Below, one piece after another: positions 8,777 through 18,619 of a stretch of 42,698 bases of DNA. The notes below the pieces were generated by a model, which was not told the origin of the DNA, made no database searches, and saw nothing but the letters and a program-made list of their open reading frames with translations. Each line of letters starts with the position of its first letter. Position 1 is the first letter of the stretch. The position numbers and the translations under genes were made by a program. The DNA is from Opitutus sp. GAS368 (lineage in GTDB: Bacteria > Verrucomicrobiota > Verrucomicrobiia > Opitutales > Opitutaceae), in contig CAMAXB010000001.1 of the NCBI GenBank assembly GCA_945862035.1, positions 1-42,698 of the forward strand, written 5' to 3'.

Positions 8777-9580
8777 ATGACCCGCGCTCGCCAATCCCTC
8801 CTCCTGTTTTTCGCCTACCTGATTCTCGCCGCGCTTGTGGTCGGTCTGTCCGGCGATCTGGGCGCACGGGACTGGCGCACGGCCAGTCGCGAGCCCGCCG
8901 GTTTGGCGCCCGACCCGGCGACAACGCCTGAGGCGGTCGTTCAGGTCTACGCGGCCCGTACGGTCGGCTGGCGTGGGTACTTCAGCGTGCACACCTGGGT
9001 GGCGGTCAAGCCCGCCGGCGCGCCCCAGTTCAGGGTGTATGAAGTCATGGGCTTCCGCCTCCGTCGTGGCGGGGGTGGCAGCGCGGTCTATGCCCGCGAG
9101 CGCGCCGCCGATGGCTATTGGTACGGAGCACGCCCGCAGTTGCTGGCGGACGTCCGCGGCGCCGGCGTGGGCGAAGTGATCGCGCGCATCGAGGCCGCCG
9201 TGGCGTCCTATCCCTATGCGGATCGCTACACCGCATGGCCCGGACCCAATTCCAACACGTTCGTGGCGCATGTGCTCCGGGCCGTGCCCGAACTCAAGGT
9301 CGACCTGCCTTCGACCGCAATTGGCAAGGACTACGTTGAACCCTATTTCGTGGCGGGCACTCCCACCGGCACGGGCGGACAGTTCAATCTCTACGGCCTC
9401 GCCGGCGTGCTGGCCGGCATCGAGGAAGGCTTGGAGTTCAACCTCATCGGTCTTACGCTCGGCGTGAATCCCAAGCGCCTGACCCTTAAGCTTCCGCTCA
9501 TCGGCAACATCGGCCCCGGCGGCGACGCCAAGGCCCGGACGATCACGGGCGCCACGCCGGTTGTGCTGGCCACCCATTGA
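8777..9580 (+). CDS. DUF3750 domain-containing protein
   Basis: N-terminal TM segment, then HTWVAVK...YEVMGF...YTAWPGPNSNTFVAHVLRAVPEL...AIGKDY. This matches my memory of the DUF3750 family. Confidence 0.75.
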   Translation: MTRARQSLLLFFAYLILAALVVGLSGDLGARDWRTASREPAGLAPDPATTPEAVVQVYAARTVGWRGYFSVHTWVAVKPAGAPQFRVYEVMGFRLRRGGGGSAVYARERAADGYWYGARPQLLADVRGAGVGEVIARIEAAVASYPYADRYTAWPGPNSNTFVAHVLRAVPELKVDLPSTAIGKDYVEPYFVAGTPTGTGGQFNLYGLAGVLAGIEEGLEFNLIGLTLGVNPKRLTLKLPLIGNIGPGGDAKARTITGATPVVLATH

Positions 9581-9644
9581 GCCGCCGATCACTTGCCCGC
9601 CAAAGACGTGCCGGTGTGATACCCCGGCAAGTTCCGATCCCTTC

Positions 9645-9899
9645 ATGAACCCCTCCGAAGAACCTCTCCACCTCATCGGCGCCTTCGACCCCGCCGACAC
9701 CCGGCGCGTGACCGAGGCCCTCGAAGCGGCGAACATTCCTTTCGAAGTGGAATCCGACCACTCCGCCCTCGCCCAACCCGGGCGCTGGGTCTCGCTGGCC
9801 TTGGGCATGCCGACCGAAGGCTCGAAGCTCGCCCTCTTTGTCCCAGAATCCCGCGTTGATCAGGCCCTCGCCGAGGTGAAGCGCTTGTTCCCGGTCTGA
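9645..9899 (+). CDS. Small hypothetical protein (DUF2007-like?)
   Basis: 84 aa from the ATG at 9645 (MNPSEEPLHLIGAF...). The family assignment is tentative. Confidence 0.55.
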   Translation: MNPSEEPLHLIGAFDPADTRRVTEALEAANIPFEVESDHSALAQPGRWVSLALGMPTEGSKLALFVPESRVDQALAEVKRLFPV

Positions 9900-9952
9900 C
9901 GATCGGGCGTCCTGGGCGAGACCTCGAAACAGAGGCCGGAAACCAGATTTTT

Positions 9953-10027
9953 CACCACGAAATACACGAAAAGCGGATCCAGGATTTCTCCTCCGGAGAT
10001 TTCGTGTGTTTCGTGTATTTCGTGGTG
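9953..10027. repeat. Intergenic hairpin, CACGAAATACACGAAA flavour
   Basis: CACCACGAAATACACGAAA (9953-9971) is the perfect reverse complement of TTTCGTGTATTTCGTGGTG (10009-10027). That gives a 19-bp stem and a 37-nt loop, between convergent genes. Confidence 0.85.
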
Positions 10028-10333
10028 CGAATCCGAATTCATACCCAACCCGTGATTCGCGGGCACCCTGCCGATCGGCTCGATTCACTCCGCAATCCGC
10101 CCACCGCAATTCAGCAGACGAGCCGGAAGGGGTCAGGCCGGGATCAGAGGAGCCCTTCCGGAGGTCTCCTCCGAATCCGCCGCCTCTTCCTTGATGACTT
10201 TGTTCACCTGACGAACCGGACACGGGGTGAGACCGACCCTAAGGTGACAGGTCGCCAACCGGCGGACCACGAGGCGCCGACCCGTTGTCCACCCGTCATC
10301 TTTGGGGGATGTCCGGTAGAAATTGGGGTAAAG

Positions 10334-11788
10334 TCAGCGGGCGCCCCAATGGTCGGCTCGTTTCCAGATCGCACTACCGTCGTAGCGCTTGCCGACCTCG
10401 TAGCGCGCATCCGGGGTGGCGGCCGTTCTCATGATCTCCCGAATCTCGCTCACGATTTCAGGATACTGTTCTGCGAGGTCCTGGGTTTCGCCGATATCCG
10501 CGCCCAGATAATACAACTCCACTGGGCCCTCACTGCCATGCCTCACGCCCTTCCAGTCGCCCAGCCGCACGGCCTGATGGTAAGCCTCCCGATTGTGACC
10601 ATAGTCCCAGTAAAGATAGCGGTGTCGCTGCAGCACCGGCTTCCCGCGAAAGGCATTAGCCACTGAAATTCCATCGATGCCCGCGACCGGCGCAGTCCCG
10701 GCCAGTTCGGCCAACGTGGGCAAAAGGTCCTGGAAAGCGATGACTTCCTGGCTCACGGCTGCAGCCGGCACCACGCCTTTCCACCGGGCCAGCAGGGGAA
10801 CGCGAATGCCTCCCTCGTAGAGCTCGCGCTTGCCGCCGCGCAACGGACCGCTGCTCCTGAATTGAGTGCTCAAACCCTCCCACGGCCCGTTGTCACCGGT
10901 GACGATGATCAAGGTGTTTTCGCCGAGACCCAAGTCGTCAACCAGCTTGACGATTCGCCCGACATCCCGGTCCAGGCGCGTGACCATCGCCGCGTAGTTT
11001 TTGGCCTGCTGACTCCACGAGCGGTCGGTGTAAGGGGCATCCGTCGGCACAGGGAGCTCAGTCGGATCTTCTTCCGGAGAGGCAAAGTGCGGCAACGTGA
11101 AAGCCGCGTACAAGAAGAACGGTTCGGAGGCCGAAGCCTTGATAAAGTCCAGCGCGCGCTCCGCAAATAAATCATGACTGTAGTGCTCCCGGGTGCGGCT
11201 GTTGCCGGGAAGCTCCAGCCGGCCCTCTCCATCATCGAGATACTCAGGGTAATAGTAATGCGCGTGATCCTGGTTCAGGTAGCCGAACCACATGTCGAAG
11301 CCCTGCCTGGTTGCCCGGCCCTCCGTGCCGGCATCACCCAAGGCCCATTTGCCCACGCCACCGGATCGGTAGCCCGCCTGCTGCAACACCTCCGCGACGG
11401 TCACGTCCGCATCGCTCAGATACGTCGGGTAGTGGGGAATATTGTCACGGGCGACCGCATGGCCCATGTGAAAACCCGTCATCAACACGGCCCGGGAAGG
11501 CGTGCAGACGCTCGCCCCCGAGTAGGCTTGAGTGAACCGCATCCCCTCTTGCGCAAGCTGGTCCAGATTCGGCGTGTGAATCAGTTCCTGCCCGTAACTG
11601 CCCAGGTCGCCGTACCCGAGGTCATCCGCCAGAATCAAGATGATGTTCGGTCTCTCCTGAGCCGGCCGGAGCGATCGATTTTCGCCGTAAGCCACCAAGC
11701 ACGTGCTCAGGAACAGCAGGACGGTGCCCAAACTAAATCCACGCGAAGAGATGCTCATCAGGCTTTTAGGGACGGTGCGATTGATCAT
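10334..11788 (-). CDS. Arylsulfatase (formylglycine-dependent sulfatase family)
   Basis: NIILILADDLGYGDLG and the CTPSR formylglycine motif (SVCTPSRAVLMTG), plus a signal peptide. The start is ambiguous between the ATGs at 11788 and 11758. Confidence 0.9.
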   Translation of the reverse strand: MINRTVPKSLMSISSRGFSLGTVLLFLSTCLVAYGENRSLRPAQERPNIILILADDLGYGDLGSYGQELIHTPNLDQLAQEGMRFTQAYSGASVCTPSRAVLMTGFHMGHAVARDNIPHYPTYLSDADVTVAEVLQQAGYRSGGVGKWALGDAGTEGRATRQGFDMWFGYLNQDHAHYYYPEYLDDGEGRLELPGNSRTREHYSHDLFAERALDFIKASASEPFFLYAAFTLPHFASPEEDPTELPVPTDAPYTDRSWSQQAKNYAAMVTRLDRDVGRIVKLVDDLGLGENTLIIVTGDNGPWEGLSTQFRSSGPLRGGKRELYEGGIRVPLLARWKGVVPAAAVSQEVIAFQDLLPTLAELAGTAPVAGIDGISVANAFRGKPVLQRHRYLYWDYGHNREAYHQAVRLGDWKGVRHGSEGPVELYYLGADIGETQDLAEQYPEIVSEIREIMRTAATPDARYEVGKRYDGSAIWKRADHWGAR

Positions 11789-12031
11789 TGGGCCGAGGTG
11801 TTGGTTGAGGGCGGTTGCGGGTGGACACAATTCATCAGTCTGGCGCTACAGTGATTGTTCATCGGGACGAGCAGAACTGAAAACGCTTCGTCGGCACAGT
11901 CGTGGATCTTTGACGCAGGTTAGCCGACCTCTTCATAACAAGCACGAGCCCGGAGAGTCGATCACTCCAGCATCGATCGGATGAGTCGCGCCGGCGATCC
12001 TCGCCGGGCGGTAGTCGCGACCCGTCGTCCC

Positions 12032-13939
12032 TCATTTGATCTGAACCTGGTCGACATGGTAGATGGCCGACTCAACGACTTCATCGGCTCCCGGGAGATC
12101 GGAGAGTCGCCCGTAGCGATCCGTTTGTCTCGTCGGCGTGTTTCGATACTCCCCGGTACGGAAGGAGAGACGCTCCACCGTCGCTGCCGGCTCGCTGAAT
12201 TCGGCGTCGCGCACGGCGGTGACTCCATTCACGTTCAGGCTGTAACGACCGCTCCCGGCATCGATTGCTAATTCAATCTGCAGCCATTCATCCGGCCGGT
12301 AGTTGCCCGCTGGGACCAGAGAGGCGCCCTGTGACGCGAGGAGCGCGCCTCCGGCGGCCAACACGAATCGGACCGGGCGCCGACCGGCGTGGTCGAGGAC
12401 CTCGACCTCAAGGCGGCCCGTATCCACCTGCGCGGCGTAAACCTTGAAGGCAATGGTGACCGTCTGCGCTTCGGCGAAGACGCGCACGGCCTTCGCGTAG
12501 TCGTAGGGATCCCGGTCCTCGATCCTCAGACTCTTGTCCGCGTTGCTCGGGAATGGCGCGACAGTCGTATCCGCCCAACGGGGACGGTAGAGGTTCCATT
12601 CAGGAACGGCCGCACCGACGTCGAGGCCATCAAACTGGTCATCGACGGGCCCCTCCACCCGGTGACGCACCGGCACGGGCGTCCGGCTGACCCACATGTC
12701 CTCCTTGTTCATGCTGTAGGTGATCCACAGGTCGGAGCCGGGAGGGTTGCCATTCCCTTCCGCAATGCCGCGCACATATTGCGGCCCAAAGTCCTTCGCC
12801 CGGCCCGTGAATCGGAGCGGCGGGACTTCGCCATTCACCACCAGCATGTTCTCGAAGCGAATCCCGTCTTCACCGGTCGCGATGGCCAGAGGCCAGCGAT
12901 GCGAACCGAAGTTGGCCGGGTTGTAGACGATGGCATAGCGGTCGTCGTCGGTGCGCTGACCCCAGGCCTTGGCGCCCGAGGTGATGATGCTGGGAACTTT
13001 GACCGGACTGCTCCACGTCTGCCCCTCATCCGGTGAGACCGCCGCCACCGCGTGTTTGAACAGCGCGACGACCTGGCCATCCCTGCGATGATAGATCGAC
13101 GGTGCGGCATGCGCGTCGTGCTGTCGAGGTGCGGCTGCAGGCACCGGACCGTCCCCCGGCGGATTGGTCGACGACGCGGAGGATCGATTGATTGCAAAGA
13201 ACTCATCGTTCGGGTCATCTTCCTCATCCCACCACTGCATGGTCTTGAGCTTGTCCGCGAGGAGGGCCTCGCACGCCTCGACAAAACCCCGATCGCCGGA
13301 TCGCGCGTAAAAGGTGAAGGCGGTGTTGCTCTCATTGAACGAGGACAGGCTGTTGTACCGGATAAAATGGATTGGCCCAAACGTGCCGTCCTTGAAGATC
13401 TCGCGCACCACGCGACCGATCCCGTTGGCCCCATAATAAACCGGGGCGCGTCCGTAGAAGCCGAGCGCGAGCAGACGACCATTGGGGGCCACGTAGAAAC
13501 CCATCCGCTGGTGCATCATGGCCACTCCGGACTCGACACTGGAAACGGAACCCGGACGCAGATGGTAAACGGGGAACAACAGCTGCGGCTTCCCCCAACT
13601 CCGGCCATCGCGGGAAGTCACCAGCATCGTATGGCCCGGCGGCAGGTGTTCCGCGACCGGATTGCTCAGGTAGTTGAGGTAGAACCGACCATTCCAGTAG
13701 GCGAGCGTCGGGGCATGATTGTAGGTCCACCCGTGGCCGTCGGAGAATTCACGCTGGGTGCGATTCGCCCTCATCACCTGAATGCTCTCCACGCCGATCG
13801 CCGGTCGAAGTCGCCCGTCGTGCACCGAGAGATCGATGCCGGGACTCTCCACGCGCACCGGTTCATCCGGGCCACCTGGCTGGGCGCAGAGCGCCGAGAC
13901 GACGAGCCATGAGCATACGATCAATCGGCGAGAGGACAT
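12032..13939 (-). CDS. BNR/Asp-box repeat glycoside hydrolase-like protein (sialidase-like), secreted
   Basis: Asp-box motifs SRDGRSW and SPDEGQTW. Signal peptide MSSRRLIVCSWLVVSALCA from the ATG at 13939. The ORF extends to 14209. Confidence 0.7.
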   Translation of the reverse strand: MSSRRLIVCSWLVVSALCAQPGGPDEPVRVESPGIDLSVHDGRLRPAIGVESIQVMRANRTQREFSDGHGWTYNHAPTLAYWNGRFYLNYLSNPVAEHLPPGHTMLVTSRDGRSWGKPQLLFPVYHLRPGSVSSVESGVAMMHQRMGFYVAPNGRLLALGFYGRAPVYYGANGIGRVVREIFKDGTFGPIHFIRYNSLSSFNESNTAFTFYARSGDRGFVEACEALLADKLKTMQWWDEEDDPNDEFFAINRSSASSTNPPGDGPVPAAAPRQHDAHAAPSIYHRRDGQVVALFKHAVAAVSPDEGQTWSSPVKVPSIITSGAKAWGQRTDDDRYAIVYNPANFGSHRWPLAIATGEDGIRFENMLVVNGEVPPLRFTGRAKDFGPQYVRGIAEGNGNPPGSDLWITYSMNKEDMWVSRTPVPVRHRVEGPVDDQFDGLDVGAAVPEWNLYRPRWADTTVAPFPSNADKSLRIEDRDPYDYAKAVRVFAEAQTVTIAFKVYAAQVDTGRLEVEVLDHAGRRPVRFVLAAGGALLASQGASLVPAGNYRPDEWLQIELAIDAGSGRYSLNVNGVTAVRDAEFSEPAATVERLSFRTGEYRNTPTRQTDRYGRLSDLPGADEVVESAIYHVDQVQIK

Positions 13940-14437
13940 CACGTTCACTTTCTTTTTCGAGAGGTTGCCGGACAGGCGCCGGAGGGCGTCTTTTGCTAAA
14001 ACGTTTTTTCTAAATCGGCCATTTGTCAAGCAGGATTGGCTGCGTCGTTCGCGAAGGGGGGCAGGCCGCGCGCTGTTGTATTTGGCTCTGTTTTCCAGGC
14101 GCTTTCCCGTTGAAACCAACCAGCCACGGCTGTCGCAGCGAAAGAATCGAATGGATCGAAGCACCGTTCGGGAGCGAGGTCTCTCCGTTCCCCCCACGAC
14201 CGGACTCAACGGTCGGAAAATACAACACTACGCGGCCTGACCTTCGAGAACCTCGGTGCGCGGCTCGCGACGAGAAAACCGAGCATATCGGAAAGAACGT
14301 AGTCCCTCGCCTCCTTCTGGTCAGCCGCAAGTTCCGCTGCATCATCGATCGAGTAATTCAGGACGATGCAGGAAGACAGGATGTTTTCGACTATCTCTGA
14401 CGGCTCAAGGGGGTAACGGGATCGCTGGCGTTTCAGC

Positions 14438-15127
14438 TTACGGGATCACGTAAAACGGGTTCGGCAGCTTGAAGGTCCGCTCAGCGTGGCCACCGGCGAG
14501 GTCGCTGTCCTGATCGCCGATGCTGGCGATGATCATCCAGCCCTCGCGGGCGAGCGCAGCGCGCTGCGCGGCCTTGCGTTGAGCGGTGGTCGGAAAATCG
14601 TCGGAGGCGGGCGCGAGCACGAGGCGGGCGTAGTCGCTCATGCCCTGGCGAAGAAGATTGGCCTCGGTGCCGGGGCGGTCGCGGGGGTCCTTTCGGCCCG
14701 TGACGAAGAGCACGTCCACCCCGAGACGGCGCGCGGTCAAATAAACCTCCCGCATCGGCGCAATCGCCGGCGCCACGCCACGGGCCACCCAGGCGTTCCA
14801 CACTTCGGGCACATAACCGAAATCCTGCGCCTTCATCTGCGGATAGCTCGAGAGCACGGTCTCATCGATGTCGACGACGACCGCCAGCCGCTCCCCTGCC
14901 CCTTTGCGCGCGGCGCGCTGCTCGATCCATGACCGGGCCTCCGCCGCCACGGTCGCAAGGTCGCGGTCGTATCCGCCGTTGTCCACGTAGGCCACAACGG
15001 CGGCCTTGGCCGCAGTGAGATTGACGAGCCCCGTTGAAGGCGCCGTACAGCCGGCGCCGAGCAGCCCCAGACCGAGCAGGAGTATCGGGTTCAGGATCCG
15101 GATTCGGGGACGGAGGGATGGCCACAA
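14438..15127 (-). CDS. HAD-superfamily class B acid phosphatase lipoprotein
   Basis: Motifs VVVDIDETVL (DxDxT), FVTGRKD and GDQDSDL. The lipobox LLGAGC has no nearby ATG, so I propose the TTG start at 15127. The ORF is open to 15283, with ATGs at 15214 and 15253 as alternatives. Confidence 0.7.
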   Translation of the reverse strand: MWPSLRPRIRILNPILLLGLGLLGAGCTAPSTGLVNLTAAKAAVVAYVDNGGYDRDLATVAAEARSWIEQRAARKGAGERLAVVVDIDETVLSSYPQMKAQDFGYVPEVWNAWVARGVAPAIAPMREVYLTARRLGVDVLFVTGRKDPRDRPGTEANLLRQGMSDYARLVLAPASDDFPTTAQRKAAQRAALAREGWMIIASIGDQDSDLAGGHAERTFKLPNPFYVIP

Positions 15128-15249
15128 AAAACACGAAGATCTGCCACCGCGCGCAGGAATGCTGTCCGGGCGCCCTCTAGGGCACCAAAAGGTGAACCAT
15201 CCAACCCCAGACATTTTTGTGTTCTTCGTGGCCAAACTCCGTCCTGCGT

Positions 15250-17358
15250 TCATCCCGCCTTCTTCACCTGCCGGACCGGCCACTGCGTGACGGTCAGACC
15301 CTTGGCGTTGCGGCTGCCGACCGTGAGTTCGCCCAGATTGAACTCGAACTCCTTGATGCGCGCGGAGCAGCGCCCGCTCAGGATAATCTCCACCTTTTTG
15401 GGCATGCCCGCTTCGGTCTTGGCAACGTCGAGGTAAACGACTTTCGAACCTTCGCTCGACGCGAGCGGGTAGAGCTTCTCGCGAGTGACGCCACCGACCT
15501 GGAAGCGCTTGGCGAAGGCCTTCCCACTGGCCTTGTCCTGATAGATCATGGTGTAGAAGGCCTTGTCCCCTTCCTTGGGCAGAATCGCGAGGTGGAGGAT
15601 TTCGCGTCCCATGAAGACCTTGTCGGCCACGCGCGCGACCTTCATCGAGCCATCGGCCATGAAGCAGATGACGTCGTCAAGGATGGTGCACTCGGTCACG
15701 AATTCATGCTGGCGCCAGTTGAGGCCGATGAAGCCCTCCTCGCGGTTGACGTAGAGGCGCTGGTTGGCGGACACCACCGCGGCCGCGCTGATCTGCTCGA
15801 TCTCATCGTAGGTCGTGCGGCGCTTGTGCGGCTTGCCGTACTTTTCCTGGAGGGTCTCGAACCACGAGATTGCGAACGGGGTGAGGTGCTTGAGGTGGTG
15901 CTTAACCTCCTTGATCCCGTCCTCAATCTTCTTGATCGCCTCGTCGGCCTGGAATCGATTGTAGGCGGAGATGCGCTTGATGCGGATTTCGGTCAGGCGC
16001 GTGATGTCGTCATCCGTGACCTCGCGGCGGAGCTGCTTGAGGAAGGGCTTCAACCCTTCGCGGATCTCCGCCAGCACTTCCTCCCACGTCTTCGATTTCT
16101 CGATCCGACGGTAGATACGCTCCTCGATGAAGATGCGCTCGAGCGAGTCCCAGTGCCACTGCTGGTCGAGTTCGCCCAGCTTGATGTCGAGCTCTTGCTT
16201 GAGCAGGTCGATCGTCTTGTCGACCGAGCGGCGGAGGATGTCGGACACCCCGAGGAAGACGGGCTTCTCGCCATCGATCACGCACGCAGCCGGGGAGATC
16301 GAAACCTGGCAGTCGGTGAAGACGTAGAGCTGCTGGATGATCTGGTCGGGATCGCTGCCCTGCGGCAGGTGGACGAGGATCTCGACGACGTCGGCGGTGT
16401 TGTCATCGACATGCTTCACCTTGATCTTGCCCTTGGCGTTGGCCGCGAGAATCGATTCGATGAGAGACTCCGTGGTGGTGCCGAAGGGCAGCTCGGTAAT
16501 GGCGAGGAGGTGCTTGGCGCGTGCCTCGATCTTGGCACGGACCTTCACCTTCCCGCCGCGCTCGCCGTCGTTGTACTCCTTAAAATCGGCGATGCCGCCC
16601 GTGGGAAAATCCGGGTAGATGCGGAAACGTTTTCCCTGGAGGTGATTGATCGCCGCCCGGCAGAGATCGTTGAAGTTATGCGGGAGGATCTTGGTCGAGA
16701 GACCGACCGCGATGCCCTCGGCACCATCGAGGAGCACGAGCGGAAACTTGGCGGGAAGCGTGACGGGCTCGTTCTTGCGTCCGTCGTAGCTGAGCTGCCA
16801 GGTCGTCGTCTTCGGATTGAACAGGACATCGCGCGCGAACGGTGTCAGGCGCGCCTCGATGTAACGGGGCGCCGCCGCGCCGTCACCCGTCAGCGTGTTG
16901 CCGAAGTTGCCCTGGGGCTCGATCAGGAAACCGCGCTGGGCGATGCCGACCAGAGCCGCGTCGATCGAGGCATTGCCGTGCGGGTGCAGGGCCATGGTCT
17001 GGCCGGTGACATTAGCGACCTTGTGGAAGCGGCCATCGTCCATGTCCCAGAGCGTGTGCAGGATCCGGCGCTGCACGGGCTTGAGGCCGTCGTCGATGTG
17101 GGGGACGGCGCGATCGAGGATGACGTAGCTGGCGTACTCGAGGAACCAGCTCTTGTAGTGCTTGGCCAGCGGGGCGTCCTCGGGATTGCGCGGTGCATCC
17201 GTGGCGACCGGGGCGTCCGGCGGCTCGCCGTCGGCGGGCGGTGCCGGGGGGGGCGTCGGCGAAGCCGGGGTGACCGATTCGTCCGCCGGAGACTCGGAAC
17301 CGCCGTTCAGGGGCAGCTCGGGCTGGTCGGAGGGCGTGGAATTTTTGCGTTTGACCAT
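15250..17358 (-). CDS. parC: Type IIA topoisomerase subunit A (topoisomerase IV ParC-type)
   Basis: DGLKPVQRRILH, HPHGNASI and the active-site Tyr context AAAPRYIEARL. I chose the ATG at 17358, which avoids overlap with the upstream S41 gene. The first ~62 aa are a Pro-rich extension. Confidence 0.88.
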   Translation of the reverse strand: MVKRKNSTPSDQPELPLNGGSESPADESVTPASPTPPPAPPADGEPPDAPVATDAPRNPEDAPLAKHYKSWFLEYASYVILDRAVPHIDDGLKPVQRRILHTLWDMDDGRFHKVANVTGQTMALHPHGNASIDAALVGIAQRGFLIEPQGNFGNTLTGDGAAAPRYIEARLTPFARDVLFNPKTTTWQLSYDGRKNEPVTLPAKFPLVLLDGAEGIAVGLSTKILPHNFNDLCRAAINHLQGKRFRIYPDFPTGGIADFKEYNDGERGGKVKVRAKIEARAKHLLAITELPFGTTTESLIESILAANAKGKIKVKHVDDNTADVVEILVHLPQGSDPDQIIQQLYVFTDCQVSISPAACVIDGEKPVFLGVSDILRRSVDKTIDLLKQELDIKLGELDQQWHWDSLERIFIEERIYRRIEKSKTWEEVLAEIREGLKPFLKQLRREVTDDDITRLTEIRIKRISAYNRFQADEAIKKIEDGIKEVKHHLKHLTPFAISWFETLQEKYGKPHKRRTTYDEIEQISAAAVVSANQRLYVNREEGFIGLNWRQHEFVTECTILDDVICFMADGSMKVARVADKVFMGREILHLAILPKEGDKAFYTMIYQDKASGKAFAKRFQVGGVTREKLYPLASSEGSKVVYLDVAKTEAGMPKKVEIILSGRCSARIKEFEFNLGELTVGSRNAKGLTVTQWPVRQVKKAG

Positions 17359-17380
17359 GGTGCGAAAGGAGGAAAAGGGA

Positions 17381-18607
17381 TCAGGAAGAGGGCAGGACGG
17401 GCGACGCTGCGAGGACGGCGAGAGCGGCGGCGAGGTCGACATCCCGACCCTGACGCAGGTCGTCGAGCCGGACGGTCACGGGGACATCGGGCACCACGCC
17501 GGCGCCTTCGAGCCGCCGGCCGTCGAGGCCCACATAGTCCTGAATCGCGAGCTGGAGCTGGCCCCCGTCCGGCAACCGGTAGTGACGCGCCGCGATGACC
17601 GCGCCGGCGGTGGTGCGACCGACAACGATCGCGCGGCCTTTTTGCTGGAGAACGTGGGAGAAAATCTCTGCGCTGCTGGCGGAGGCCTCGTCGACGAGGA
17701 TCACAACGCGGCCGCGGTAGCGGGCGGCGCCCAGCGTGAGCGACCCGGTCTCGCGCTCGCGTCCGTCCCGCCGCACAAAGGTTCCGATCAGGACCTCCGC
17801 CGGGAAGAACTCGGCGATGGCGAAGCGAACCGACATCAGCAGGCCGCCCGGGTTGCCGCGCAGGTCGACGATCACGGCGGGAGCGTCGCGTCGCGCCTCC
17901 AGTTCGGCGCTGAGCCAGCGGATAGACGCCGGGTCGAATTCCTCGAAACGCAGCAGGACGATCCCGCGGTCGAGTTCGCGCACCTCGCGGCGCGGGGCCC
18001 ATACGACCGGACCGGCCACGAGCGTAAGCGGGATGATGCGGTCGGCCGGATCGAGAAACTCCAGGCGGACTTCTTGGCCCGGCCGCATGGTGAAGCGGGG
18101 GGCCCGCTCGCCGACCGGACGGCCATCGCGGGAACGGACGATCCAGCCGGGCTGGACGCCGGCGGCCGCGGCGGCGGAGCCGGGATAGACGGTGGTCACG
18201 ACCCAGAGGTCGTCGACGCGGCGCATGATGAAGCCGGTGGCGACGCGGGTGTCGTGGCGCAGCTGGAAGGCGTCGCGCGGCGGGAGCGCGGCGTTGTGTG
18301 ACTCGCCGAGCTCGTTGAGCAACGTGTTGATGGCCGTGTAGAGCGCCTCGTCCGCGGGCGCGGCCACGGCGGCGGCGCGGTGGCGGGCGACGGCGGCGGG
18401 CCAGTCGATGCCCCGCATCGTCTGGTCAAAGAAGCGATCTGCCGCGAGCTCCGCCGTGCGGTCGAAGACCTGCGCGTTGCGCGCGGTGCGGGCGGCGGCA
18501 GTGAGGGCGGGCGGTTCCTGCCAGACGCGCGGCGCGGTCGCGCAGCCGCCGGCCAGGACGGCGGCGAGCAGCAGCAACCAGGAGGCGATGGGGCACGGGC
18601 GCGGCAT
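17381..18607 (-). CDS. S41 family peptidase (PDZ-containing) lipoprotein
   Basis: Lipobox LLAAVLAGGC, a DLRGNPGG motif, the catalytic-Ser region DEASASSAEIF, and a PDZ-like segment YPGSAAAAAGVQPGWIV. Confidence 0.88.
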   Translation of the reverse strand: MPRPCPIASWLLLLAAVLAGGCATAPRVWQEPPALTAAARTARNAQVFDRTAELAADRFFDQTMRGIDWPAAVARHRAAAVAAPADEALYTAINTLLNELGESHNAALPPRDAFQLRHDTRVATGFIMRRVDDLWVVTTVYPGSAAAAAGVQPGWIVRSRDGRPVGERAPRFTMRPGQEVRLEFLDPADRIIPLTLVAGPVVWAPRREVRELDRGIVLLRFEEFDPASIRWLSAELEARRDAPAVIVDLRGNPGGLLMSVRFAIAEFFPAEVLIGTFVRRDGRERETGSLTLGAARYRGRVVILVDEASASSAEIFSHVLQQKGRAIVVGRTTAGAVIAARHYRLPDGGQLQLAIQDYVGLDGRRLEGAGVVPDVPVTVRLDDLRQGRDVDLAAALAVLAASPVLPSS

Positions 18608-18619
18608 GCGGACGAGCGA

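Noticed and set aside
15217-17598. 793-aa plus-strand ORF. Similar long ORFs lie at 18731-20572 (+), 37047-38948 (-), 32809-34548 (-), 6963-7880 (-) and 335-1252 (+).
   Set aside because: Each lies antisense to a gene with strong family motifs (parC, parE, htpG, livG/livF, the EF-hand protein, the antiporter). Their products are Arg/Gly/Asp/Leu-rich low-complexity sequences, typical of stop-poor shadow frames in high-GC DNA.
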